Of a stretch of DNA of 64,000 nt, positions 15,001 through 27,282 are shown piece after piece. The notes beneath the pieces were generated by a model. The model saw nothing but the letters and a program-made list of their open reading frames with translations, did no database searches and was not told the origin of the DNA. Position 1 is the stretch's first letter; each line of letters opens with the position of its first letter. Both the position numbers and the translations under genes were made by a program. This DNA is from Macrostomum lignano (taxonomy: Eukaryota), in the NCBI GenBank assembly GCA_002269645.1, contig NIVC01001330.1, positions 248,001 through 312,000 on the forward strand, read 5' to 3'.

Positions 15001-18000
15001 TCGAGTTGATAATAGTTTACAATTTAAGAGCCGCAAATAGAACTTCTACTATAGGCATTTTATAACAAATCGCATTTTAACAAAGTCAATGGAGAGAGAG
15101 ACTATTTTTCTGGTTTCGTTTGTTAATTAATTAAGAGTCGAAATATTGACCTCACTTAGACAGCGAAAAATACCACGTACGCAAATATATAATAGTTTTA
15201 AAATACAGCTCGTATTATATGCTGCATTGCGCTTGACTGTGTGTTGGTAGTCGGGTAGCCGTACTTACAGTTAGTAGTTCCGCAACGCGCACAGACGGTG
15301 TCAAAGCTATCATCAGAACTGCTATCGAACACACAACACACATACCCGCTTGTTGTAGTTCGGAATTTTTTGTTTTTTTATTTCAGTTTTTTATTTCATT
15401 TTTTGTTAAGCTTTTTATGTGAGTAGAGTAGAAGCTAAGGTTATAAATTATGAGTCCAAACCCCGTATTTCTGCTTGACCAAAGAGAATTTTGGTTCCGC
15501 TTTGAATAATATAGCTTTTTTTATGTTGCAGTTTAAAAAAATTAATTCCGCTTCAATGTGATCAGTATTAATTATTTCAATTATTAATAATACATGTACA
15601 TGCTTCTTATTAACTATTATTACTGACATTCTATCGAACCGATTAAAATGCTTCCGTTATTTTTTAGTATATCTATTCATCCAACAATGTACATCCACTC
15701 AGCAAAGCGAAACAGCATATGCTGGCCACTCCCCCCAAAACCCTAACAATGTACATCCACTCAGCAAAGCGAAGCAGCAGATGCTGGCCACTCCCCCACA
15801 AACCCCAACAATGTACATCCACTCAGCAAGCGAAACAGCAGATACTGGCCACTCCCCCCCAAAATCCCAACAATGCATGTACATCCACTCAGCAAGCGAA
15901 GCAGCAGATGCTGGCCACTCCCCCCCAAAACCCCAACAATGTACATCCACTCAGCAAAGCGAAGCAGCAGATGCTGGCCACTCCCCCACAAACCCCAACA
16001 ATGTACATCCACTCAGCAAGCGAAACAGCAGATACTGGCCACTCCCCCCCAAAACCCCAACAATGCATGTACATCCACTCAGCAAGCGAAGCAGCAGATG
16101 CTGGCCACTCCCCCCACAAACCCCAACAATGTACATCCACTCAGCAAAGCGAAACAGCAGATGCTGGCCACCCCCCCCCACAACCACAACAATGTACATC
16201 CACTAAGCAAGCGAAGCAGCAGATGCTGGCCACTCCCCCCACAAACCCCAACAATGTACATCCACTCAGCAAAGCGAAACAGCAGATGCTGGCCACCCCC
16301 CCCCCACAACCACAACAATGTACATCCACTCAGCAAAGCGAAGCAGCAGATGCTGGCCACTCCCCCCACAAACCCCAACAATGTACATCCACTCAGCAAA
16401 GCGAAACAGCAGATGCTGGCCACTCCCCCACAAAACCCCAACAATGTACATCCACAACATGTACATTGTGGACTACAAAGCAAAACAGAAGACTTATCCA
16501 CAGTCATTAAACAAGTCGCCAAACTCTAGCCAATCATACCTATTTTAACAGCTACTGTTCTGCGCAGAACAGTTCAATTATTACAGATACTCAAACAATA
16601 ACGGCTCACACAACCCCACTGTCCCCGATCCGCAGACTCAGTCGGACATTTTCGGCACAGTGCAGGCGATGCACAATGAGCAGGACTGCCTGAGAGAGCG
16701 AATGGACAAGATTGAGGACTACCTGATGATGCTGCAGGTAAATCGATTTATGATGAGCTGTAATTGATCGTATAGAGGGTAGTCGGAGGCGTAAAATCGC
16801 GTACATCATCATCTATCAGAGATTACTCAAGAGTGTCTTAGTTCTGAGCTTCTAGCGCAGTGTCAGGGATCTGAAGCACTGTCTCGATTCCATAACTTTA
16901 TTCCTGGTTTAATTTTATCTCTCTCTCAGTAGCACAAATGGCATAAACTGCGTTTAAGCCGCCAGCCTACCAACCTGAAGACAGGGGCGCCCATCTTAAA
17001 GACAAAGGGCGCCTAACTAAGACACAGGGGCGTCAACCTAAGAGACAGGGGCGCCAACCTAAAAGACTGGGGCGCCAACCTAAGAGACAGGGGCGCCAAC
17101 CTAAGAGACAGGGGTGCCCACCTAAGAGACAGGGGCGCCAACCTAAGAGACAGGGGCGCTAACCTAAGAGACAGGGGCGCCAACCTAAAAGACAGGGGCG
17201 CCAACCTAAAAGACAGGGGCGCCAAACTAAAAGACAGGGGCACCAACCTAAAAGACAGGGGCGCCAACCTAAGAGACAGGGGTGCCCACCTAAGAGACAG
17301 GGGCGCCAATCTAAGAGACAGGCCGGGGCGCCAACCTAAAAGACAGGGGCGCCAACCTAAAAGTCAGGGGCGCCAACCTAAAAGAAAGGGGCGCCAACCT
17401 AAAAGACAGGGGCGCCAACCTAAAAGACAGGGGCGCCAACCTAAAAGACAGGGGCGCCAATCTAAGAGACAGGGGCGCCAATCTAAGAGACAGGGGCGCC
17501 AACCTAAGAGACAGGGGCGCCAACCTAAAAGACTGGGGCGCCAACCTAAAAGACTGGGGCGCTAACCTAAAAGAAAGGGGCGCTAACCTAAAAGACAGGG
17601 GCGCCAACCTAAGAGACAGGGGCGCCAACCTAAGAGACAGGGGCGCCAATCTAAGAGACAGGGGCGCCAACCTAAGAGACAGGGGCGCCAACCTAAGAGA
17701 CAGGGGCGCCAACCTAAGAGACAGGGGCGCCAATCTAAGAGACAGGGGCACAAACCTAAGAGACAGGGACGCCAGCCTAAAAGACAGGGACGCTAACCTA
17801 AAAGACAGGGGCGCCAATCTAAGAGACAGGATCGCCAACCTAAAAGACAGGGACGCTAACCTAAAAGACAGGGACGCCAACCAAAAAGACAGGGGCGCAA
17901 ATATTCACCTAGAAAAAATCTAATGAATAGTGCGCATAATTTAAGTTGAACGTTTTTTCCTCTCCTGAAAAATTCTGAATTGAAAAAAATGGATCGCGGA

Positions 18001-18932
18001 GAACTGGTCCATTAGCTGAGGCTCTTTTATCGAAGCGATGACGGCCCTATTGTGAGCAATTTAGCCGGCAACTGTCTGGAAAGTCAGTGAATGATCTCAC
18101 TGATTGCAGCTCTATTGGATTTCCTATTTGCTTTCACTCCGCCTGACAAAAGCCGAGAATCCGAAATCAGTTTAAAAAATAGAATCAAATATGCGTGCGC
18201 ATACCAAAGAGCTGGGAGATCTCACGCAGATTAATGATTCTTCGCGAATTCAAAAATATAATTAAACGGACTCTGATCTCTGATTATTGATTTCCCAAGA
18301 GGATTGCTCCAGGCGTGAGAGGGTGCTGGTCGAGGGATTTCTCCTGGGAATCAATATCGCTGTGAGGGACTTGCACAGCGGCCATTGCAAGTGGATATTT
18401 GCACTTATGAACTGATAATATTTTGGATTCATTTTTTATAAAATGGCTAATGAGTGTCGAATAGTTCTGAATGTCCTTCTATGCAACTCTTGAGACCTCT
18501 GAGCATGAGGACAATAGGTCATAAGTCAGTACAATGAGCATCAGTGAGGGTTCATGAGTCAGCACAATGAGCATCAGTGAGGGTTCATGAGTCAGCACAA
18601 TGAGCATCAGTGAGGGTTCATGAGTCAGCACAATGAGCATCAGTGAGTGTTCATAGGTCAGCACAATGAGCATGAGTCAGGGTTCATGAGTCAGGGTAAT
18701 GATAAATAACTTAAAGATTATTTCGTCCTAAACATTAAAAATCAACATGCTCATTAAAACTTTGTCAACCTTGGCATTGCAGCAACAGATGTTGAATCTG
18801 CCAAGACTTCTGAGAGACACAGCAGGCAGTTCGCAGCAGCAACAGCAGCAACAGCAACAGCAGCAGCAGCATCTACCTACTAGAAGAAACATTCTGGCCA
18901 ATGCTTCTTTCAACCAGACCATTGGCCATTAA
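3..18932 (+). CDS. KCNN: Small-conductance Ca2+-activated K+ channel (SK), 9 coding exons; N-terminus continues upstream of the window
   Basis: Exons read by hand with GT-AG ends and consistent phases: <3-1316, 4243-4338, 6284-6702, 7465-7600, 10815-10925, 12166-12293, 12732-12801, 16636-16737, 18783-18932. The translation gives SK hallmarks [23 protein letters not shown] (S1), [14 protein letters not shown] (S4), [17 protein letters not shown] (pore) and [17 protein letters not shown] / [17 protein letters not shown] (CaM-binding domain). Frame 3 is open from base 3 to the ATG at 342. Confidence 0.95.
1477..1626. repeat. 14-bp minisatellite (gatgtacactctct), ~10 copies, SK intron 1
   Basis: Direct tandem repeats visible in the sequence. 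Confidence 0.9.
5935..6180. mobile_element. Dispersed ~240-bp repeat (SINE/MITE-like), copy 1, SK intron 2
   Basis: Shares blocks aaattggaa.ctcggcttggctctgct.gtgcaat, gtgcgtatgactgcgt and gcaatgcctctc.ccggttgtg.gacaatgtcgctt with 53037-53270; class not determined. Confidence 0.6.
6815..7220. repeat. 16-bp minisatellite (tttaccagctcgatac), ~25 copies, SK intron 3
   Basis: Direct tandem repeats. Confidence 0.95.
11374..12074. mobile_element. hAT-type MITE with CT-rich interior, SK intron 5
   Basis: TIRs caggggtgggcaaa (11374) / tttgccgacccctg (12074); subterminal atccggccc motifs at both ends; flanking 8-mers ccgtagag / ccgcatag match 6/8 (decayed 8-bp TSD, the hAT size). Confidence 0.75.
15686..16460. 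repeat. ~60-bp minisatellite, ~12 copies, SK intron 7
   Basis: Unit aacaatgtacatccactcagcaaagcgaa.cagcagatgctggccactcccccc...; accounts for the overlapping repetitive ORFs. Confidence 0.9.
16975..17900. repeat. 21-bp minisatellite (aacctaagagacaggggcgcc), ~44 copies, SK intron 8
   Basis: Direct tandem repeats. Confidence 0.95.
18530..18690. repeat. 33-bp minisatellite, ~4 copies
   Basis: Unit tcatgagtcagcacaatgagcatcagtgagggt. Confidence 0.85.
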
Positions 18933-19654
18933 CTGACCAGAGAGTTAATTTTGAGTCACTGTTTAACCTCTCTGCTATTTTTAAAAGCAATGCTATTTGT
19001 TTGTCAACACAATATTGTCTTTTTCTCGGCATAGTCATTCAACTAAAGTGCATATAAAAAACAGGTTATTATTAATCATATTGCCTCTCCATCAGGTTCT
19101 ATCATTCTCGAGTACTTTTTGTACCGGGGAGCACTGCTCACAACTGGACAGGACGGAATTTAAAGTCGATAAATTGATTCATCTCAGTGTGTGACATTCC
19201 GCAACTGCACATGCTATATATAACCATGTTAAAGTGCATGCTGGTAGTAATGCTTTCACTTGTACATAGGCAGCGAGTCAGTGACCTGTGACAGTAGATT
19301 ATAGGGATAATCCATAAACGCACCCCACCACCTGTACACACCTATACCTGATTGGTTAGCTATTCAATAGTTTGTTTGCATAAAACCGATGACGCACCTG
19401 AGAGCATACATATGATGAGAGCATGAAATCTTTAATTTGGTAATGCTCTGTGGGAGCCATGTGCTTGACTCTGACTCTTATATACTGTCTTTTTATTTTA
19501 CATGAAATATACATAACTCTGTTTCATTTTTAGTCGCATGAATAAACTTGCAAAAATACACAAGACAACTCGTTACTATAAACAGCAGTTAAAATGCAGG
19601 GCTGCCGCCTTGGAAATATTGACTTTCCTTGGATCATTTGCGAAGTTGTCAACC

Positions 19655-20805
19655 ATCTGCCTCATCTGACACCCCTCTGCCCTATCTGACACCCAACTCA
19701 TGCCCTATCTGACACCCAACTCATGCCCTATCTGACACCCATCTGCCCCATCTGACACCCATCTGCCCTATCTGACACCCAACTCATGCCCTATCTGACA
19801 CCCATCTGACACCCATCTGCCCTATCTGACACCCAACTCATGCCCTATCTGACACCCATCTGCCCTATCTGACACCAAATTGCCCTATCTGACACCCAAC
19901 TCATGCCCTATCTGACACCCATCTGCCCTATCTGGCACCAAATTGCCCTATCTGACACCAAATTGCCCTATCTGACACCCATCTGCCCTATCTGACACCA
20001 AATTGCCCTATCTGACACCCATCTGCCCTATCTGACACCAAATTGCCCTATCTGACACCCATCTGCCCTATCTGACACCAAATTGCCCTGACACCCATCT
20101 GACTCATCTGACACTCAACTGCCTCATCTGACACCATCTGCCTCATCTGACTCCCAACTGCCCCATCTGACACCATCTGCCTCATCTGACACCCATCTGC
20201 CCCATCTGAGACCCAATTGCCTCATCTGACACCCATCTGCCCCATCTGACACCCATCTGCCCCATCTGACACCTAACTGCCTCACCTGACACCCATCTGC
20301 CCTATCTGACACCCATCTGCCTCATCTGACACCCATCTGCCTCATCTGACACCCATCTGCCTCATCTGACACCCATCTGCCTCATCTGACACCCATCTGC
20401 CTCATCTGACACCCATCTGCCTCATCTGACACCCATCTGCCTCATCTGACACCCATCTGCCTCATCTGACACCCATCTGCCTCATCTGACACCCATCTGC
20501 CCCATCTGACACCCATCTGCCCCATCTGACACCCATCTGCCTCATCTGACACCCATCTGCCTCATCTGACACCCATCTGCCTCATCTGACACCCATCTGC
20601 CTCATCTGACACCCATCTGCCTCATCTGACACCCATCTGCCTCATCTGACACCCATCTGCCTCATCTGACACCCATCTGCCTCATCTGACACCCATCTGC
20701 CTCATCTGACACCCATCTGCCTCATCTGACACCCATCTGCCCCATCTGACACCCATCTGCCTCATCTGACACCCATCTGCCTCATCTGACACCCATCTGC
20801 CTCAT
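19655..20805. repeat. 20-bp minisatellite (catctgacacccatctgcct), ~55 copies
   Basis: Direct tandem repeats. Confidence 0.95.
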
Positions 20806-21349
20806 CAAGAAAAAACTGTTGGTCAAGAAACAGTTTCGGCACAAAAATATCGCAGAAAAACATTGATGCTCACGGAGAACGGACAGTGGCAGAATGACTC
20901 AAGCAACAGTCGCGAGTCATTTCGCGATGCCGCAACACTTTCTGGCAAATGCATAGAAAAAATCTTTTAAAACAGCAGCAAGCATGAAAGCTTTGGCCAT
21001 CGCCAAGCGGACCCGAAAACTCGACAGAAAACCGGATTAGGGCGCTTGGCAAATCGACTATCGATTGCTCAGTCCCCAGCCTCCTTCATCTGCCGCGCCG
21101 AGCTACAGCAGTAAAGTTGTTGCTCGTTTCCATCCTCTTCCACGCAGTCTCCCTCAAGTTGAGTCCTCCAACTCAAACCAAGTTTTTGTGCTTTTCAGCC
21201 GCGAAAAAAACCGTCAATGATGTTGGAGTGGCGGCGAGAGAATTCTGCCAGAGAAAAAATAGTCAATCCACAGCTCCATCACAGAGGCGACAAAAAGCTT
21301 GAAATTGGTCGCAAATTCAATGAAAACCTTAGAAAATTTCGCTTCTATC

Positions 21350-22015
21350 CTATAGAGAGTGTACATTGGGGTCGCTTGATTTAGATTCTGTCCTATAGAG
21401 AGTGTACATTGGGGTCGCTTGATTTAGATTCTGTCCTATAGAGAGTGTACATTGGGGTCGCTTGATTTAGATTCTGTCCTATAGAGAGTGTACATTGGGG
21501 TCGCTTGATTTAGATTCTGTCCTATAGAGTGTGTACATTGGGGTCGCTTGATTTAGATTCTGTCCTATAGAGAGTGTACATTGGGGTCGCTTGATTTAGA
21601 TTCTGTCCTATAGAGAGTGTACAATGGGGTCGCTTGATTTAGATTCTGTCCTATAGAGAGTGTACATTGGGGTCGCTTGATTTAGATTCTGTCCTATAGA
21701 GAGTGTGCATTGAGGTCGCTTGATTTAGATTCTGTCCTATAGAGAGTGTGCATTGAGGTCGCTTGATTTAGATTCTGTCCAATAGAGAGTGTGCATTGAG
21801 GTCGCTTGATTTAGATTCTGTCCAATAGAGAGTGTGCATTGAGGTCGCTTGATTTAGATTCTGTCCTATAGAGAGTGTGCATTGAGGTCGCTTGATTTAG
21901 ATTCTGTCCTATAGAGAGTGTGCATTGAGGTCGCTTGATTTAGATTCTGTCCTATAGAGAGTGTGCATTGAGGTCGCTTGATTTAGATTCTGTCCTATAG
22001 AGAGTGTGCATTGGA
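21350..22015. repeat. 43-bp minisatellite, ~15 copies
   Basis: Unit tatagagagtgtacattggggtcgcttgatttagattctgtcc. Confidence 0.95.
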
Positions 22016-22869
22016 GTTGCTATGAGTATGAGCTATATTTACCTGCTATTGCTAAACCAAGTCGATACAGAAAGTCTCACGACCTGTAACACCAAATACC
22101 CTACAAGAGAAATGTTTCGGCCTTCATAAAAGCTAAAGAAGTCACGCAGTTATGGAAATCAATAAATTCTGCTTTTCCGAACCTTAAAAAACATTATGTC
22201 GTAGCAAAACAATTATTGAAAAAGAGGGCCAAAACTGATTAATATTCGTTACTTTACCAGAGTGACGAAAAAAACTCAAAATCGAAGAGGACTACCCGGA
22301 ATAGCAAGGCTGCTTTTAGTTAATCCAGAATCAACGCGGCTTCCTGCCAGCATGCTAACAGACGCGGTGCTTCAATACTGAAGAAGAAACCCAGCACGTG
22401 ACTGTTAATCAAGATCTGCAAAACCTATACGAAAGCCTTAGTGTGGATGAAGAAGAAAAACTCAATTAAAAAGAATCCACAAATTGTAGAAAATGAAACA
22501 AAAGATAAGAAATGGAGATAACAGAAACTGCTCTAAATTAAGATAGGCTACGAGCAGGTGGCACCCCTATCGCGGCGAGGGACAGGTGCGCACAGCTCTG
22601 TGTGTTTCATCAACTGCATGGACTACAGAGTTGTAGTTGTAGTTTTTTGCCGTACCGTACATGATGTGCGCAGTGGCGTCGCCTCCTGGGGGGTGGAGCA
22701 CAAAGGAGGGACATTTCCCCCAGTGAAAGCTATGGGGAGAACATGCCAATTCATATTCCCTCCCCCACGTTATGAGACGTTATGGAAATCAATATTTTTT
22801 GCTTCAGGACGCCAAAATATAGCGATTCTTCCGATAAAATGACCGCCTGAAGAGCCAAAATAATTGTCT

Positions 22870-23520
22870 ATGGCGCCAAAACGAGTGTCTGCGGCGGCAA
22901 AATGAGTGCCTGCAGTGCCAAAATGAGTGCCTGCGGTGCCAAAATGAGTGCCTGCAGTGCCAAAATGAGTGCCTGCGGTGCCAAAATGAGTGCCTGCGGA
23001 GCCAAAATGAGTGCCTGCGGAGCTAAAATGAGTGCCTGGGGCGCCAAAATGAGTCTTTATGGCGCCAAAATGAGTGCCTGCGGAGCCAAAATGAGTGCCT
23101 GCGGCGCCAAAATGAGTGCCTGCGGAGCCAAAATGAGTGCCTGCGGAGCCAAAATGAGTGCCTGCGGAGCCAAAATGAGTGCCTGCGGCGCCAAAATGAG
23201 TGCCTGGGGCGCCAAAATGAGTGCCTGCGGAGCCAAAATGAGTGCCTGCGGAGCCAAAATGAGTGCCTGCGGAGCCAAAATGAGTGCCTGCGGAGCCAAA
23301 ATGAGTGTCAGCGGAGCCAAAATTAGTGCCTCCGGCGCCAAAATGAGTTCCTGGCTGCGGCGCCAAAACGAGTGCGCCAAAATGAGTGCCTGCGGCGCCA
23401 AAATGAGTGCCTGCGACGCCAAAATGAGTGCCTGCGGAGCCAAAATGAGTTCCTGCGGAGCCAAAATTAGTTCCTGCGGAGCCAAAATTAGTTCCTGGCT
23501 GCGGCGCCAAAACGAGGGCC
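22870..23520. repeat. 21-bp minisatellite (gccaaaatgagtgcctgcgga), ~30 copies
   Basis: Direct tandem repeats; source of the spurious 7-aa-repeat ORFs. Confidence 0.95.
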
Positions 23521-24819
23521 TGCGGCTGCATGGCAAGCTGCATAGCTGGTATGGCAACTGCATGCGTACATTCAAAGGAAATCGGAAACCCGACCCGCGT
23601 CTTAATTGATCCCTTTCATCATGAAAAGGAAGTCAAACAGACGGGCACATGTAAAGAAAAGGGGGGGGATGTTTTAAATCAAGATAAGCTTCTATTGACG
23701 AGGTCTGTAACATGCCAATTTTGACATGTTTACAATTTCAATGGCTGACAGTAATGAGACGGGGGTGCAGCGCTTGTTTACCAGTGAAATATCAAAATAT
23801 AAGGTAATTACCCGTAAATCTGTAAAAGTGCAACTACAATAGTGGTAGTTTCACTCCTAACAGGGGTTAACAGCATTGATTGAAATACATGCAGATTAAT
23901 TAGGTACATTTACAGAGAGTTGGCTCCTCATAAAATATTCACCAAAAGCTCCCGTATTTGATTCCACGTACATTGATACGCTGCTCGTGTAGAGTACAGA
24001 AATCAAACGCAAGGACTACTAAAGTAGAAGGGCGCAACACTCGAAATCTATGGAAAATGTTTTGAAGGCCACTTTTCGCCAAAAAATGTACTACGGAGAT
24101 AGGAATTTTTCATCTTTTCAGCACAAAAATGGTTACTGCATTCGATAGGAGGCAGAGCCAATGTTCATTTTTAGATATGTTGTGCCTTATAGCTCTATTG
24201 ATATTCATAAAGCTTTTTGTTCAGAAAATTAGGATTCTGTGTTAATTTTTGATTCTACGTACAATTTCATATGTCCCGTGCCTAAGAACCATTTAAATTT
24301 TTATTGGTTGTAACAAATATGTGTAACAAAGATAATAAAATAGAATCATAAAACCAAAGATTCGAGCTGTGCCATTTATTATTATGATTTTTAGGTACAG
24401 GAAATTCCATTCGTGGAATATGTGAAATTATAAGACTATAAGTTTTAAAAAAGACCAATTATATTATAGCAAACTTAGTTATACTCGTATACTCGTTATG
24501 CAATTAAAAAAACGAATAGTAAGGAACCTTCAGAGCGTAGCATCAGCTGAAAGCATTCAAGCAAAAGATTAAAGCCTGCAATTTCTAGGCAAGCGTATAA
24601 TTGGAACAGTCTTCCTTATTTTCTGAGAGGATTATTAAAGGATTTTTTTGGACCAACTGAACTGGAATTGAAGCTTGCGAGCTAATGATTATAGCTGCTG
24701 TCAGAAGGTCTAAAAGAAGCCCTGTTTTGGTAAGTTAACTCCGAGTTGCCACAGAATTTCCGACGTTAGTGGCGCATGCATAGTCAAACTTCAATTGATA
24801 GATCATTGATCGAAAGCTT

Positions 24820-25655
24820 TTGGCAGTGGATGAGTAACTCCTTTGACAGTGGATGGGTGACCCCTTTGGCAGTGGATGAGTAACCTTTTTGGCAGTGGAT
24901 GAGTAACCCCTTTGACAATGGATGAGTAACCCCTTTGACAGTGGATGAGTAACCCCTTTGACAGTGGATGGGTGACCCCTTTGACAGTGGATGGGTGACC
25001 CCTTTGACAGTGGATGAGTAACCCCTTTGACAGTGGATGGGTGACCCCTTTGACAGTGGATGGGTGACCCCTTTGGCAGTGGATGAGTAACCTTTTTGGC
25101 AGTGGATGGGTGACCCCTTTGACAGTGGATGAGTAACTCCTTTGACAGTGGATGAGTAACCTTTTTAGCAGTGGATGGGTGACCCCTTTGGCAGTGGATG
25201 GGTGACCCCTTTGACAGTGGATGAGTAACCTTTTTGGCAGTGGATGGGTGACCCCTTTGACAGTGGATGAGTAACCCCTTTGACAGTGGATGAGTAACCT
25301 TTTTGGCAGTGGATGGGTGACCCCTTTGACAGTGGATGGGTGACCCCTTTGACAGTGGATGAGTAACTCCTTTGGCAGTGGATAAGTAACCTTTTTGGCA
25401 GTGGATGAGTAACCCCTTTGGCAGTGGATAAGTAACCCCTTTGACAGTGGATAAGTAACTCCTTTGGCAGTGGATGAGTAACTCCTTTGGCAGTGGATGA
25501 GTAACCCCTTTGACAGTGGATGATTACCCCTTTGACAGTGGATGATTACCCCTTTGACAGTGGATGAGTAACCCCTTTGACAGTGGATGATTACCCCTTT
25601 GACAGTGGATGATTACCCCTTCGACAGTGGATGAGTAACCCCTTTGGCAGTGGTT
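24820..25655. repeat. 23-bp minisatellite (ttgacagtggatgagtaacccct), ~35 copies
   Basis: Direct tandem repeats. Confidence 0.95.
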
Positions 25656-26204
25656 GTGAAAAAGTCCAGACAACAGCTCCAGGAAATTTCTTTGTGTAGG
25701 AAGTCCTCAAGCACTTGCATATCTAGTGCGATAGCAGCAACGGAGCATTTAGCGGTTTTTTAGGCTAAACAAATCCTTGATTCCTAGCCCATAAACAGTG
25801 AGCCAGAGTGTTATTAGCAGGAGAGCTTGCACTGCACAGACGACAAGTGGAAAAGTATTTTGGCCGCTAAAAGGAAGGAAGCTCAGCCAAGGGCCACGGC
25901 TCCAAGGTAGATTTTATGAACATTACGTATATTTTTTCACTCAAAGGCTTTCTGCTTTATGCTGAGGCCCGATTGCATCCTGGAGATGTCATTGATTTAC
26001 AACGCAAAAGCCAGGGTGCGAGAAATCAACGCCTGCCGCTGAAGGGGCCGCGACAAAAAAACACGGTCTTCTCGGCTTGGTGCTGATGTTTATGACCTCA
26101 CTTCCTTACAATAACCTGTTTATTGAGAAATTTATTGACTTGGCTAAGGGTGTGAATCAAACTGAAGGTACGAGAGGAGCGGCTCAGCGAAGGATGTTAT
26201 GCGA

Positions 26205-26237
26205 CAGAGACAGACTGAGATATATTCAGACAGGCAT

Positions 26238-26291
<54 letters not shown>

Positions 26292-26331
26292 GGACGGACA
26301 GACAGGCAGGTAGACAGAGACAGACACACAC

Positions 26332-26385
<54 letters not shown>

Positions 26386-26427
26386 GGACGGACAGGCAGG
26401 TAGACAGAGACAGACACACACACAGTC

Positions 26428-26479
<52 letters not shown>

Positions 26480-26521
26480 GGACAGACAGGCAGGTAGACA
26501 GAGAGACAGACACATACAGTC

Positions 26522-26581
<60 letters not shown>

Positions 26582-26623
26582 GGACAGACAGGCAGGTAGA
26601 CAGAGACAGACACACACACAGTC

Positions 26624-26667
<44 letters not shown>

Positions 26668-26709
26668 GGACAGACAGGCAGGTAGACAGAGAGACAGACA
26701 CATACAGTC

Positions 26710-26741
<32 letters not shown>

Positions 26742-26900
26742 GGTCGGACAGACAGGCAGGTAGACAGAGAGATAGACACACACACAGTCAGAGAGACAGA
26801 CAGACAGACGGTCGGACAGACAGGCAGGTAGACAGAGACAGACACACACACACAGTCAGACAGACAGACAGACACACAGGCAGTCAGACACAGACAAGCA
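26205..26900. repeat. (GACA)n microsatellite with higher-order interruptions
   Basis: Direct observation. Confidence 0.95.
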
Positions 26901-27282
26901 CACAGGCAAAGACAGTCGGTGAAATACCAACCCATCTCCAAAAAAAGCAGACTTCAAATTAAATAAAAAAAAATTTTAAAACTCGCATGTTGTTGTGCGA
27001 CAAAGGATCAAAACAGGGACAAAATCGAATCAATGCCAGTGAAGAAGTATAATACATAATATAATCATAATCATATATTCATAATGCCAACCTACAGAGT
27101 CAATATGAATGGCCAATTTACTAAGGAAGCAAAACGTTAATCAGGCGAACGAAAGACTTCCAATAAAAAAGATTAATAAAACTGTTTGAAAAAATGAAAT
27201 CAGAATTAGCAAATTCAAGCCTTTAAGCAGTCACGGCCCACATGTTGTCCATTGCTCATCTCTACATATAAAAATCAAAACT

